NCBI GenBank assembly: GCA_038232255.1
Contig: JBBSIF010000001.1
Span: 1 to 54,318 of the forward strand
Origin: Propionibacteriales bacterium
GTDB taxonomy: Bacteria > Actinomycetota > Actinomycetes > Propionibacteriales > Nocardioidaceae
Reading direction: 5' to 3'
Length of the DNA: 54,318 bases
Notes under the pieces: generated by a model
Told to the model about the DNA's origin: nothing
The model's input: the letters and a program-made list of their open reading frames with translations, nothing else
Database searches by the model: none
In this document: positions 9,848 through 19,410 of the stretch, piece by piece
Layout of the letters: each line of letters begins with the position of its first letter
How positions within the stretch are numbered: position 1 is the first letter of the stretch
Program-made: the position numbers and the translations under genes

Positions 9848-10912
9848 TCATGTGCCGACGACCCACTCGGCGTAGAAGATGCCGAGGCCACCGGCCACGC
9901 AGATGCCGCAGATCAGCCAGAACCTGATGACGATCGTGACCTCCTGCCAGCCGAGGAGCTCGAAGTGGTGCTGCAGCGGCGCCATCCGGAACAGCCGCCT
10001 GCCGCCGGTGACCTTGAAGTAGCCGACCTGCAGGATGACCGAGGCGGTGATGATCGCGAAGAGGCCGCCCAGCACGACGAGCAGCAGCTCGGTGCGAGTC
10101 ATGATGGCGAAGCCTGCCATGGCGCCGCCGAGGGAGAGGGAGCCGGTGTCGCCCATGATGATCCGCGCCGGTGACGCGTTCCACCAGAGGAAACCGAAGC
10201 AGGCACCGGTCAGGGCCGCGGCGATCACGGCGAGGTCCAGCGGGTCGCGGATGTCGTTGTAGCACTGCGGTCCCGGGTTGAACTTGCAGAACTGGTTGTT
10301 CTGCCAGATCCCGACGAGCGTATAGGCGGCGAACACCATCATCGTCGACCCCGTCGCGAGCCCGTCGAGGCCATCGGCCAGGTTCGCCGCGTTGCTCGCG
10401 CCGGCGACCATCACGAAGACGAAGAGCAGCACGAGCGCAGTGGGCAGCCTCCAGTCGATGACCCTGATGAAGGAGACCGCGGGCGAGGCCGGGGACTGGC
10501 CCCGACTGTCGGGGAACTGCAGCGTGAGCCAGCCGAACGCGACGGCGATGAGCGTCTGGCCGGTGAACTTGGTCTTGCTGCGAAGCCCGAGGTTGCGCTG
10601 CTTGAAGATCTTGATGTAGTCATCGACGAAGCCGACCGCTCCGAGCCCGACGAAGAGCCCCAGCAGCAGGACGGAGGAGATCGTCGGGCTCGAGCCCGTC
10701 AGGAGCTTCGCGAGGACGTAGGCGACCACCACGGCGACGATGATGACCGCGCCGCCCATGGTGGGCGTGCCGCGTTTCGTGTGGTGGGAGATCGGGCCGT
10801 CGTCACGGATGGGCTGCCCGTATCCCCTGCGGGACAGGAACGAGATCGCCCAGCGGGTGCCGAGGAGCGTCACGACGAGGGCGATCGCGCCGGCGAGCAG
10901 GATCGCTCTCAT
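9848..10912 (-). CDS. mraY: Phospho-N-acetylmuramoyl-pentapeptide transferase MraY
   Basis: Polytopic membrane protein with HHTKRGTPTMGG, NAANLADGLDGLA, GDTGSLSLGG and APLHHHFE-like motifs. Its start makes an ATGA overlap with the murF stop. Confidence 0.96.
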   Translation of the reverse strand: MRAILLAGAIALVVTLLGTRWAISFLSRRGYGQPIRDDGPISHHTKRGTPTMGGAVIIVAVVVAYVLAKLLTGSSPTISSVLLLGLFVGLGAVGFVDDYIKIFKQRNLGLRSKTKFTGQTLIAVAFGWLTLQFPDSRGQSPASPAVSFIRVIDWRLPTALVLLFVFVMVAGASNAANLADGLDGLATGSTMMVFAAYTLVGIWQNNQFCKFNPGPQCYNDIRDPLDLAVIAAALTGACFGFLWWNASPARIIMGDTGSLSLGGAMAGFAIMTRTELLLVVLGGLFAIITASVILQVGYFKVTGGRRLFRMAPLQHHFELLGWQEVTIVIRFWLICGICVAGGLGIFYAEWVVGT

Positions 10913-12327
10913 CCCTCACCGCCCGTCCGCGTCGTCGACCCCTGTCCTGCCGCCAGGGCAGCAGCCAGGCCCTCGAGCCCGGCTGCCCGCGATGCTTTCA
11001 CAAGCACCACGTCGCCTGGACGCAACTCGCCACGCAGGTAGCCGAGCGCAGCCGCGCCGTCGGCGACCGAGGCCGACGAGCCGTCCCACGTCTCGTCGAG
11101 CGACGCGGCGCGGTGCGCGTCCCGAGCCTCCCGCCCGACTGCAACCAGATGTCCGACGCCCAGCCCGGCAGCGAGCCGGCCGAGTGCCTCGTGCTCGGCA
11201 CGGGACGTGGCCCCGAGCTCCAGCATCTCGCCGAGCACCGCGAAGGACCGCGATCCGGTACGCCGCTGCGTCATCCGGACGAGGGCGGTGACCGCGGCGC
11301 GCATGCTGTCGGGGTTGGCGTTGTAGGCGTCGTTGATCACGACCACGCCGTCGGGGCTCGTGGTGACGGCCATCCTCCAGTGCGACGACGGCTCAGCGGC
11401 CCGCAGCGACGCTCCGACCGCCTCGAAGTCCAGCCCCATGCCGAGAGCAGCCGCGGCGGCTGCTGCAGCGTTCGCCGCGTGGTGCTCCCCGACATAGCGG
11501 AGCCTGACCTCCGCCTGCCGACGCCGCCATGTGAGCTCCACCGTCGGACGGCCGTCCGCGTCCAGGTCGACGACGGTGTAGCGGAGGTCGCTGTGCGCCG
11601 CGTGCCCGAACGTCAGCACCGTGGCGGCCGTCCGCGCCGCCATCGCGCTCACGCGGTGGTCGTCGGCGTTGAGCACCGCGAGGCCGCTCGCCGGCAGCGC
11701 CGCGACGAGCTCGCTCTTGGCCGCGGCGATGGCGTCCTGGTCGCCGAACTCGCCGATGTGTGCGACTCCGACGTTGAGCACGATCCCGACGGTGGGGGCG
11801 ACGACGTCGGTCAGGTAGGTGAGCTGTCCGGGGCCCCGGGTCCCGAGCTCGGCCACGAGGTAGCGGGTGCTCGTCGTGGCACGCAGCGCCGTGAGTGGCA
11901 GCCCGATCTCGTTGTTGAGCGACTCCAGCGTCGCCACCGTCTCCGCGGCGTCCGCCAGGATGACGGCGAGGATGTCCTTGGTGCTGGTCTTGCCCTGGGA
12001 ACCGGTGAGGCAGACCACGGTCAGGCTGCTCAGCCGCTGCCTGACGTGACGGGCGAGGTCGCCCAGCGCCCGAACTACGTCGTCGACGAGGACGACGGGG
12101 GCTGGCACCGGCCGCGGGGCGAGCACCGCTGCCGCGCCGGCCTCGACCGCCGCCGCAGCGAAGTCGCAACCGTCCACGCGGTCGCCGGCGACGGCGACGA
12201 AGAGGCCGCCCGGGACGGCGGCGCGGGAGTCGACGAAGACCTCGCCGGTCACCGTCACGTCGGCGTCCGCTGCCGAGACGACGCCGCCGACGGCCTCCGC
12301 GATCTCCGCGAGCGTCAGGTCGATCAT
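10909..12327 (-). CDS. murF: UDP-MurNAc-tripeptide--D-alanyl-D-alanine ligase MurF
   Basis: Mur ligase P-loop LTGSQGKTSTKD and DAYNANPDSM. Its start makes an ATGA overlap with the murE stop. Confidence 0.93.
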   Translation of the reverse strand: MIDLTLAEIAEAVGGVVSAADADVTVTGEVFVDSRAAVPGGLFVAVAGDRVDGCDFAAAAVEAGAAAVLAPRPVPAPVVLVDDVVRALGDLARHVRQRLSSLTVVCLTGSQGKTSTKDILAVILADAAETVATLESLNNEIGLPLTALRATTSTRYLVAELGTRGPGQLTYLTDVVAPTVGIVLNVGVAHIGEFGDQDAIAAAKSELVAALPASGLAVLNADDHRVSAMAARTAATVLTFGHAAHSDLRYTVVDLDADGRPTVELTWRRRQAEVRLRYVGEHHAANAAAAAAAALGMGLDFEAVGASLRAAEPSSHWRMAVTTSPDGVVVINDAYNANPDSMRAAVTALVRMTQRRTGSRSFAVLGEMLELGATSRAEHEALGRLAAGLGVGHLVAVGREARDAHRAASLDETWDGSSASVADGAAALGYLRGELRPGDVVLVKASRAAGLEGLAAALAAGQGSTTRTGGEG

Positions 12328-13862
12328 GAGGAGGGGGCGGCGTCGGCGAGGCGGGCGAGCACCTCCCGGGCGACGACCCGGTCATCGAACGGCGTGCGCA
12401 CGTCGCCGACCTCCTGCCCCGACTCGTGGCCCTTGCCAGCGATCAGCACGGTGTCACCGCCGCGCGCTCCGGCGATGGCACGCTCGATGGCCGCCCGGCG
12501 ACCCGCCACCTCGTACACCTCACGGGCCGGCACGCCCGTGGTTGCCACTCCGCGCCTGACCCCCGCGATCAGCGCCCGGCGGATCCCGGCCGGCTCCTCG
12601 GTGCGGGGGTTGTCGTCGGTGACCACGACCACGTCGGCGAGCCGGCCCGCTGCCTCGCCCATGAGCTCGCGCTTGCCGGCGTCGCGGTCGCCGCCGGCGC
12701 CGAGCACGACCCAGAGGCGGCCGGAGGTGACGGCCCGCATCGCGCCGAGAGCGGCCGCGACCGCGTCCGGCTTGTGCGCGTAGTCCACGACGACAGCGAA
12801 GTCCTGCCCTGCCTCCACCCGCTCCAGCCGGCCGCCGACCGACGTCACCTGGCCGAGGCCCACGGCAGCGCTCGGCACGTCGAAACCCGCCTCTCCGGCG
12901 GCCGCGAGCGCAGCGAGGGCGTTGGCCACGTTGAAGTCGCCGACCAGCCGGCTCGTGACGCGGGTCCGCACGCCCGCCGGCCCCAGGACCGTGAACTGCG
13001 CTCCGTCAGCGCCGAGGTCCACGTCGGCGCACCGCCAGTCGGCGTCGGCCCCGGTCGCGGAGAAGGTCCGCACCGGGACCTCCAGCCGGCTCCGGAGGCG
13101 TGCCACCGCCGGGTCGTCGAGGTTCAGCAGCGCCAGCTTGGCGCGCTGCGGGGTGAGCAGAGACGCCTTGGCGGCGAAGTAGTGCTGGACGTCGCCGTGG
13201 AAGTCGAGGTGGTCCCGCCCGAAGTTCACGAACGCGGCGACGTCGAAGACCACTCCGTCGACGCGGTGCAGGACGAGGGCGTGGCTCGAGACCTCCATCG
13301 CGCACACCTCGACGCCTCGCTCGCGCATCACGGCGAACAGGGCGTGCAGGTCGGACGCCTCGGGCGTCGTGAGCGCGGTGTCCAGCTGCTCGCCCGCGAT
13401 CCAGGTGCCCAACGTCCCGATGACTGCGGTACGGCGACCGGCGGCGGCGAGCGCGCCGTGGAGCAGCTGGGTGGTCGTGGTCTTGCCCTGGGTGCCGGTC
13501 ACCCCGACGAGGACCAGTTCGCTCGCCGGGCACCCGTAGACGGTGGCGGAGACCTCACCGAGCACCGCTCGCGGCGAGCCCGTCACGACCGTCGGCAGGC
13601 CCGAAGCGGTCGCGGCTGCCCGGCCGGCCTCGTCGGTGAGCACGGCGACTGCGCCCGCTGTCCTGGCCGCGGTCACGAAGTCGGCGCCGTGGGCGCGCGC
13701 TCCGGGCAGGGCGGCGTACAGGTCACCCGGTCGCACGGAGCCGGACCGGACGCTGACCCCGGTGACCGCCACGTCCACGGACGGACGGGCGGCGCCGACC
13801 AGCTCGGCCAGCGCCGAGAGGGCGACGGGGGCGACGACCTCAGGGCGCGTCGACACGACCAC
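12324..13862 (-). CDS. murE: UDP-MurNAc-L-Ala-D-Glu--2,6-diaminopimelate ligase MurE
   Basis: Contains VTGTQGKTTTTQL, DYAHKPDA and a DNPR motif (TDDNPRTE) typical of meso-DAP-adding MurE. Confidence 0.93.
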   Translation of the reverse strand: MVVSTRPEVVAPVALSALAELVGAARPSVDVAVTGVSVRSGSVRPGDLYAALPGARAHGADFVTAARTAGAVAVLTDEAGRAAATASGLPTVVTGSPRAVLGEVSATVYGCPASELVLVGVTGTQGKTTTTQLLHGALAAAGRRTAVIGTLGTWIAGEQLDTALTTPEASDLHALFAVMRERGVEVCAMEVSSHALVLHRVDGVVFDVAAFVNFGRDHLDFHGDVQHYFAAKASLLTPQRAKLALLNLDDPAVARLRSRLEVPVRTFSATGADADWRCADVDLGADGAQFTVLGPAGVRTRVTSRLVGDFNVANALAALAAAGEAGFDVPSAAVGLGQVTSVGGRLERVEAGQDFAVVVDYAHKPDAVAAALGAMRAVTSGRLWVVLGAGGDRDAGKRELMGEAAGRLADVVVVTDDNPRTEEPAGIRRALIAGVRRGVATTGVPAREVYEVAGRRAAIERAIAGARGGDTVLIAGKGHESGQEVGDVRTPFDDRVVAREVLARLADAAPSS

Positions 13863-13918
13863 CGCGCTGCCCCCGGCACCGCGCCGTCATGGGATCCACA
13901 GCCGAACGGTAGCGGCCC

Positions 13919-15694
13919 TCACCAGGTGATCGGCAGAAAGGGGTCGCGCTGGCCGGTCGGCGGGACGCCGTACTTCTGCAGCGTCGAGATCATCAGGTCG
14001 TGGAACACCGGGCCCGCCGTCCCGCCACCGCCGGCGCCCGCCACGCGCGGGTTCTGGATCACGACGTACACGACGAAGCGAGGGTTGTCGGCCGGCGCGA
14101 ACCCGCCGAACGAGACGGTCTTGCCGCGGTAGCAGTGACAGCTCTGCACGGTGCGCTGGGCCGTGCCGGTCTTGCCGGCCACCTGGTAGCCCTGGATGGC
14201 GACCTGGCTCGCGGTGCCGTCGGGGCCGACCACCGTGCGCATCATCTGCGTCACCGCCTGCGCAGCCGCCGGACTGATGACGCGATGGTGCTCCGGGGCG
14301 GGAGCCGGGGTGAAGGCCCCGTCACTCGAGACCGACCCCTCGACCAGAGCCGGTGCGGTGTACTCGCCGCCGTTGGCAACGGCGCTGATGGCCGTCGCCA
14401 TCTGCAGGGCGGTGACGCTGATGCTCTGCCCGAAGTCGATCGTGTCGCGCGTCCGAGGAGACCAGGTGTCGGGGTCGCCCAGCGTGCCCGGGGACAGCCC
14501 CGGCAGCCCGATGTCGGGCGCGGTCCCCAGCCGGAACGCGCGCAGGTAGCGGTACAGCTCCCGGTTGGGCATCGCGGCCGCCGAACGGACCGTCCCGATG
14601 TTCGACGAGAGCGCCACGACTCCGGCGGCCGTCAGGTGCAGGGTGCCGTGGTAGAAGTAGTCGTTGATCGGCCGGTCGCCTGGCACCGGCAGGACCGGAG
14701 GAACCACGACCCGCGTCCTCGGCGTCACGTAGCCGCCGTCGATGAGCGCGCTGAACGTCAGGACCTTCTGCACGCTGCCCGGCTCATACGCGTTGTAGGC
14801 GCCAGCAGAGTGCCACAGCCTCTCGCTCGAGGCGCTCGGATCGTTGGCGTTGTACGTCGGGTAGTCGGCGAGCGCCAGCACCTGTGAGGTGCGGGTGTCC
14901 ATCACGACCGCCACACCGGAGTCCGCTGCCGCTCCCTTCACGGCCGCGGCAAGGCGCCGCTGCGCGAGGAACTGCAGATCCTCGTCAAGCGTCAGGCGCA
15001 CCCCCGTCCCTTCCTTCGGCTCGACCACGGTGCTGGCGGCGAGCGGCAGGATCTGGCCCTGCTCGACCTGGTACGTCGCCGAGCCGTCGGTTCCCGCGAG
15101 CTGGTCGTCGAGCGCCGCCTCGAGGCCCTCGGCGCCCGTGCCGTCCTCCTTGACGAAGCCGATGAGGCTCGCCGCCACGTCTCCTGCGGGGTAGACCCGC
15201 ATCGTGTCGGAGGCCGTGTAGACACCGGGCAGCCCCAGGGCGCTCAGCCGCTGCACGGTGCTGCTCGCCACCTGCGGGGAGAGATGCCTCGCCAGCTCGA
15301 CGTACCGCGTGCCGGGCGTGCGGAGCAGCGCGACCGTGTCGATGTAGTCGGCGCCGAACCGCCGGTGCAGCACCGACGCGATCTCGGTGGCGTGCCCAGT
15401 GGTGAACGTCGGGTCCGCGATCAGCTTGGCGGCATCGACGGTCTCGGCGAGCTTCACGCCGAAGCGGTCGTAGATGGGCGCCCGGGGTGCCTCGAGGGTG
15501 ACCGTCTGGGCGCCGGTGGCCCGGGCCATCGCCGCGTAGTCGTTCTCGTCGATTCCCTGCAGCTGGATCAGCCGGGCGGCGAACAGCGACAGCACGAACG
15601 CGACGGCGCAGAAAGCGCTCCAGAGGCGGAACGTCCCGGTCGCCAGCGAGACGGTTGGCCGCCTGCTGGCCCCAGAGGGGGTTCGCTTGCTCAC
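13919..15694 (-). CDS. ftsI: Division-specific class B penicillin-binding protein (FtsI/PbpB)
   Basis: N-terminal TM anchor, PBP dimerisation domain and transpeptidase motifs (SVQK for SxxK, SSN, KTGT). The GTG at 15694 is preceded by GAAGGAG. Confidence 0.9.
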   Translation of the reverse strand: MSKRTPSGASRRPTVSLATGTFRLWSAFCAVAFVLSLFAARLIQLQGIDENDYAAMARATGAQTVTLEAPRAPIYDRFGVKLAETVDAAKLIADPTFTTGHATEIASVLHRRFGADYIDTVALLRTPGTRYVELARHLSPQVASSTVQRLSALGLPGVYTASDTMRVYPAGDVAASLIGFVKEDGTGAEGLEAALDDQLAGTDGSATYQVEQGQILPLAASTVVEPKEGTGVRLTLDEDLQFLAQRRLAAAVKGAAADSGVAVVMDTRTSQVLALADYPTYNANDPSASSERLWHSAGAYNAYEPGSVQKVLTFSALIDGGYVTPRTRVVVPPVLPVPGDRPINDYFYHGTLHLTAAGVVALSSNIGTVRSAAAMPNRELYRYLRAFRLGTAPDIGLPGLSPGTLGDPDTWSPRTRDTIDFGQSISVTALQMATAISAVANGGEYTAPALVEGSVSSDGAFTPAPAPEHHRVISPAAAQAVTQMMRTVVGPDGTASQVAIQGYQVAGKTGTAQRTVQSCHCYRGKTVSFGGFAPADNPRFVVYVVIQNPRVAGAGGGGTAGPVFHDLMISTLQKYGVPPTGQRDPFLPITW

Positions 15695-15811
15695 CGACGC
15701 TCCTTCGGCCGACGACTGCTCCCGGCCGCCGCTGCATGGACTGAGGGATGCTCGAGACTCACGTCGCCGCTGGCTGCGGGCTCTGTGGTCTCCTGGTGCG
15801 TTTGTACCCTG

Positions 15812-16387
15812 CTAGCGCCCTCGTCGCTGGGACGTCGGCGAGGTGTCGCCGCCTTTCGCGGGCTTCTGCACCGCCGATGGCACGCGAACGGTCAGTCCCG
15901 CACTGGCACCCGCACCGGCGACGGCGGGGAGGTCCTTCGGGAGCCTGCCCACCGTCGGCCCGACGCGGCCGCCGATGTCGACCCGGTGGCCCGCCACGCC
16001 AGGGACGGAGACGCCCATGACTTTGCCGGTGGCGAGGGAGATGAACGCGGGGCTGCTGTTCGCCACCATGCCGAGCCGCAGCGCCCGCTCCGCGACCTGC
16101 TGAGGATCCTGGAGCTCCGCGACCTTCAGCTGGAGCGCCTGGTGCTGGATCTGCAGCGCGGCCACCTTCGTGCGCAGCGCGGTCACCTGGTACGCCCCCC
16201 GCTCCATCCCGGTGTTCAGCAGCAGGAGTCCGACAAGTCCGAGGCCGAGCACGGCCACGACGAGGGCGGCGAACGGCAGCCGCGACGCGCGCCGGCCGGG
16301 TCGCGGGACGACGGTGAGCTGCGGCTTGGGCAGCGACAGGGCGGGCAGCCGGCTCGCCGCCCTGCTCCCGGTCAGCGACGCGCTCAC
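15812..16387 (-). CDS. ftsL: FtsL-like septum formation initiator (bitopic coiled-coil protein)
   Basis: TM helix ([19 protein letters not shown]) followed by a leucine-zipper-like coiled coil ([24 protein letters not shown]). It lies between rsmH and ftsI, and its start makes a GTGA overlap with the rsmH stop. Confidence 0.72.
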   Translation of the reverse strand: MSASLTGSRAASRLPALSLPKPQLTVVPRPGRRASRLPFAALVVAVLGLGLVGLLLLNTGMERGAYQVTALRTKVAALQIQHQALQLKVAELQDPQQVAERALRLGMVANSSPAFISLATGKVMGVSVPGVAGHRVDIGGRVGPTVGRLPKDLPAVAGAGASAGLTVRVPSAVQKPAKGGDTSPTSQRRGR

Positions 16388-17337
16388 GCGACCTCCCGGA
16401 CTCGTTGGGCGGCCCGCAGCCGCACGGAGGCGGCTCGCGGGTTGGCCGAGATCTCGGCCTGCGAGGCGCGTTCGGCTCCGCGCGTGAGCAGCCGCAGCTC
16501 CGCCTCGTTCGCGGCAGGTACGACGGGCAGGTCGAGCGGTGCGGTCCCTCGGGCGCGAGCGGCCAGCGCCTGCTTCACCAGCCGGTCCTCCAGAGAGTGG
16601 TAGGACATCACGACGATCCGACCGCCCACCGCCAGCGCGTCGACTGCACGAGGGAGCGCGCGCTGCAGCACCGCGAGCTCGTCGTTGACCTCGATGCGCA
16701 GGGCCTGGAACGTCCGCTTGGCGGGGTTCCCCCCGGTCCGCCTGGCGGCCGCCGGAATGGCGGACCTCACCAGCTCCACGAGCCGGGCGCTCGTGTCGAA
16801 CGGCTCGGCCTCCCGCTCGGCCACCACCTGCTCGGCGATCCGCCGGGCGAACCGCTCCTCGCCGTACCGGCGCAGCACCCGGGCCAGGTCGGACGCCGAG
16901 TAGCTGTTGAGCACCTCAGCGGCCGAGGTGCCGGAACCGGCGTCCATGCGCATGTCCAGCGGTGCGTCGCCCGAGTAGGCGAACCCGCGCGAGCGGTCGT
17001 CGAGCTGCAGCGACGAGACGCCGAGGTCGAACAGGACCCCTTGCACGCTCGACAGGCCGAGTTCGACGAGCACCGCCGGGAGCTCGTCGTAGACGGCATG
17101 GACCAGGGTCGTGCGCGACGCGGAGGGCGCCAGCCGCTCGCCGGCCAGCGCAAGCGCCTGGGCGTCGCGGTCGAGGCCCACCACATGGGCGCCCGGGCAC
17201 TGGGCGAGGACGGCCTCGGTGTGCCCGCCCAGGCCCAGCGTCGCGTCGACGAGAACGGCGCCCGGTGCCTCCAGCGCCGGAGCCAGCAGCGCGACGACGC
17301 GCTCGAGCAGCACCGGTACGTGGCCGTGAGACGTCAT
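16384..17337 (-). CDS. rsmH: 16S rRNA (cytosine1402-N4)-methyltransferase RsmH/MraW
   Basis: Contains [30 protein letters not shown] and SYHSLEDR motifs. Confidence 0.95.
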   Translation of the reverse strand: MTSHGHVPVLLERVVALLAPALEAPGAVLVDATLGLGGHTEAVLAQCPGAHVVGLDRDAQALALAGERLAPSASRTTLVHAVYDELPAVLVELGLSSVQGVLFDLGVSSLQLDDRSRGFAYSGDAPLDMRMDAGSGTSAAEVLNSYSASDLARVLRRYGEERFARRIAEQVVAEREAEPFDTSARLVELVRSAIPAAARRTGGNPAKRTFQALRIEVNDELAVLQRALPRAVDALAVGGRIVVMSYHSLEDRLVKQALAARARGTAPLDLPVVPAANEAELRLLTRGAERASQAEISANPRAASVRLRAAQRVREVA

Positions 17338-17343
17338 CGGCGA

Positions 17344-17505
17344 CTAGCCGGCCAGCTTCATCAGCAGGGTCGCGGCAACGACGAGAGCTACCGACGCGCC
17401 GACGGAGGCCGCCGCGACGGCAACTCCGTCGCGCAGCTCCTCACGCACCCGGCGCTCGAGACGCACCTCCGTCTCGGTCTCCGCAGCGATGTCCCAACGG
17501 TTCAT
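17344..17505 (-). CDS. Unannotated small ORF (53 aa), tail-anchored membrane peptide
   Basis: It is absent from the ORF track because it is under 60 aa. The ATG at 17505 has AGGAGGG 7 nt upstream. By my count third-position GC is about 83% and second-position GC about 49%, a coding-type periodicity. Sequence: MNRWDIAAETETEVRLERRVREELRDGVAVAAASVGASVALVVAATLLMKLAG, a charged helix followed by a C-terminal TM segment. It ends 6 nt before the rsmH start. Confidence 0.55.
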   Translation of the reverse strand: MNRWDIAAETETEVRLERRVREELRDGVAVAAASVGASVALVVAATLLMKLAG

Positions 17506-17604
17506 CCTCGACCCTCCTGCTCGAAAGAAGTCTGTCCCACGTCGCGCGCCGTCCTCGGGAGGCGGCGCCGCTGATCTGCACCTTCGTCGGTTCTCGTAGA
17601 CCCA

Positions 17605-17682
17605 GGTCTCCGACCGCAGCTCCGCCGAATCTGGCGCCGGGGAAGGTGTGCCAGCACGGGCAGATGATGCGGTCCGGAGACC
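17605..17682 (-). promoter_or_regulatory. Long-range stem-loop in the mraZ-rsmH spacer (candidate mraW-type leader RNA or attenuator)
   Basis: 17605-17618 (GGTCTCCGACCGCA) pairs with 17668-17682 (TGCGGTCCGGAGACC), giving 14 Watson-Crick bp with one bulged C. The stem encloses 49 nt that contain a nested 5-bp stem (17631-17635 with 17650-17654). It begins 22 nt after the mraZ stop. Confidence 0.4.
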
Positions 17683-17703
17683 TCGACCTGCGAGACTCGC
17701 CGG

Positions 17704-18141
17704 TCAGTCGGCTGGCGCGTCGGACATCGCCTCCTCCGTCCAGTTCGCGTAGGACTCCTCCTGCTCCTCGGTGTAGCGCTGCCACGCGGTGGCGTCCCAG
17801 ATCTCGACCCGGTTGTAGGCACCGACCACGACACACTCCTTGCCGAGACCCGCGTAGGTGCGCAGCAGGCTGGGCAGCGTCACCCGGCCCTGCCGGTCAG
17901 CCGTCTCCGACGACGCTCCGGCGAACAGCATCCGCATGAAGTCCCGGTTGCGCCGGTTCGTCACCGACTCCTTGCGCAGTCCTGCGGTGAATGTGCGGAA
18001 CTCGGCGCTCGGCCAGACGTAGAGGCACCGCTCCTGTCCGCGCGTCACCACGAGTCCCTCCGACAGCTCGTCACGGAACTTGGCGGGGAGGAAGATCCGG
18101 CCCTTGTCGTCCAGCCGGGGCGTGTAGGTGCCCAGAAACAC
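17704..18141 (-). CDS. mraZ: Transcriptional regulator MraZ
   Basis: Contains FLGTYTPRLDDKGRIFLPAKFR and a second SpoVT/AbrB-like repeat (DRQGRVTLPSLLR). I prefer the GTG at 18141, preceded by GAGGAGGA, over the track start at 18177, which lies inside the GTGG box array. Confidence 0.93.
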   Translation of the reverse strand: MFLGTYTPRLDDKGRIFLPAKFRDELSEGLVVTRGQERCLYVWPSAEFRTFTAGLRKESVTNRRNRDFMRMLFAGASSETADRQGRVTLPSLLRTYAGLGKECVVVGAYNRVEIWDATAWQRYTEEQEESYANWTEEAMSDAPAD

Positions 18142-18163
18142 CGGCGCATCCTCCTCGTCCGCT

Positions 18164-18197
18164 CCACGACTCACCACTCTACTCCACTTCTCACCAC
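18164..18197 (-). promoter_or_regulatory. Putative MraZ operator: four GTGG boxes phased at exactly 10 bp
   Basis: On the minus strand GTGG occurs as plus-strand CCAC at 18164, 18174, 18184 and 18194. The array reads aatGTGGtgagaaGTGGagtagaGTGGtgagtcGTGGagc. A -10-like TAATGT (18196-18201) abuts the first box. MraZ proteins are known to bind short G-rich direct repeats with about 10-bp periodicity at their own promoter. Confidence 0.6.
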
Positions 18198-18427
18198 ATT
18201 ACCGCCCTTGCACTCCTTTTCGTCGCCGCTGGCGCTGCGGGGCGGCGGTCCGTCCCCGGGCCGGCTTCGGGGCGGAGGCGTAACGTTGCAGTCGGCGCCA
18301 GCGCGCGGCGAGGGCGCTGTCAGGGCATGCCGGGCGTTCTCACATCGTTATCGCCGGGCCATCGAGAAAGCGGCGCGAAGTTGCCAGGATCGGAGCCGCC
18401 GGACGCACCGGGACGGATCAGCGACCG

Positions 18428-19408
18428 ATGGGACGACAGATGAGCAGCATCGACACACTCGCGCAGGTGACGAGTCGGGTCAGCACGAACATCGCCAAGG
18501 TCATCGAAGGCAAGTCAGACGTCGTCCGGACGGCGCTCACAGTCCTGCTCGCCGAAGGTCACCTGCTGATCGAGGACGTTCCCGGCGTCGGCAAGACCAT
18601 GCTCGCCAAGGCGCTGGCCCGGTCGGTCGACTGCACCGTCAAGCGCATCCAGTTCACCCCGGACCTGTTGCCGTCGGACGTGACCGGTGTCTCGATCTAC
18701 AACCGCGACACCCGCGACTTCGAGTTCCGGCCGGGCGGCGTCTTCGCCAACGTGGTCGTCGGAGACGAGATCAACCGGGCGTCGCCGAAGACCCAGTCCG
18801 CTCTGCTGGAGTGCATGGAGGAGCGCCAGGTCACCGTGGACAGCGTCACCTACGACCTCCAGGTGCCGTTCATGGTCATCGCCACCCAGAACCCGATCGA
18901 GATGGAGGGGACCTATCCGCTGCCGGAGGCTCAGCGCGACCGGTTCATGGCGCGGGTCTCGATGGGCTACCCGGTCGCCCGCGCCGAGCTCGACATGCTC
19001 GACGCGCACTCGGCGGCCAACCCGCTGGACGATCTCGAGCCGGTGACCGATGCTGCGGAGATCGCCAAGCTGATCGAGGTGACGCGGACGGTGCACGTGT
19101 CGCAGGCGGTCAAGCAGTACGCCGTCAATCTGACGTCCGCGACGCGCCGCTCACCCGACCTGCGCCTCGGGGCCTCACCGCGCGCGACCCTGCACCTCGT
19201 GCGGGCCGCGCGGGCACATGCCGCACTCGAGGCCCGCGACTACGTGATACCGGACGATCTCCAGCTGCTCGCGCCGGCGGTGCTGTCGCACCGGCTGATC
19301 ACAGGCCTCGAGGCGCAGATGGGCGGGCGCGGCCCCGAGCAGGTCGTCGCGTCGCTGCTGCGCACCGTCGCCGTGCCGGAGTCGACGGTCCCCGGGACCC
19401 GCTCCTAG
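18428..19408 (+). CDS. MoxR-family AAA+ ATPase
   Basis: Walker A region LLIEDVPGVGKT, Walker B region VVVGDEINRASPKTQSALLECMEE, and QNPIEMEGTYPLPEAQRDRF. The start could instead be the ATG at 18440. Confidence 0.92.
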   Translation: MGRQMSSIDTLAQVTSRVSTNIAKVIEGKSDVVRTALTVLLAEGHLLIEDVPGVGKTMLAKALARSVDCTVKRIQFTPDLLPSDVTGVSIYNRDTRDFEFRPGGVFANVVVGDEINRASPKTQSALLECMEERQVTVDSVTYDLQVPFMVIATQNPIEMEGTYPLPEAQRDRFMARVSMGYPVARAELDMLDAHSAANPLDDLEPVTDAAEIAKLIEVTRTVHVSQAVKQYAVNLTSATRRSPDLRLGASPRATLHLVRAARAHAALEARDYVIPDDLQLLAPAVLSHRLITGLEAQMGGRGPEQVVASLLRTVAVPESTVPGTRS

Positions 19409-19410
19409 CC

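Noticed and set aside
17646-17661. Sigma-54-like TGGCAC element on the minus strand of the mraZ-rsmH spacer.
   Set aside because: The required TTGC at the -12 position is missing (CCCC instead), and actinobacteria generally lack sigma-54.
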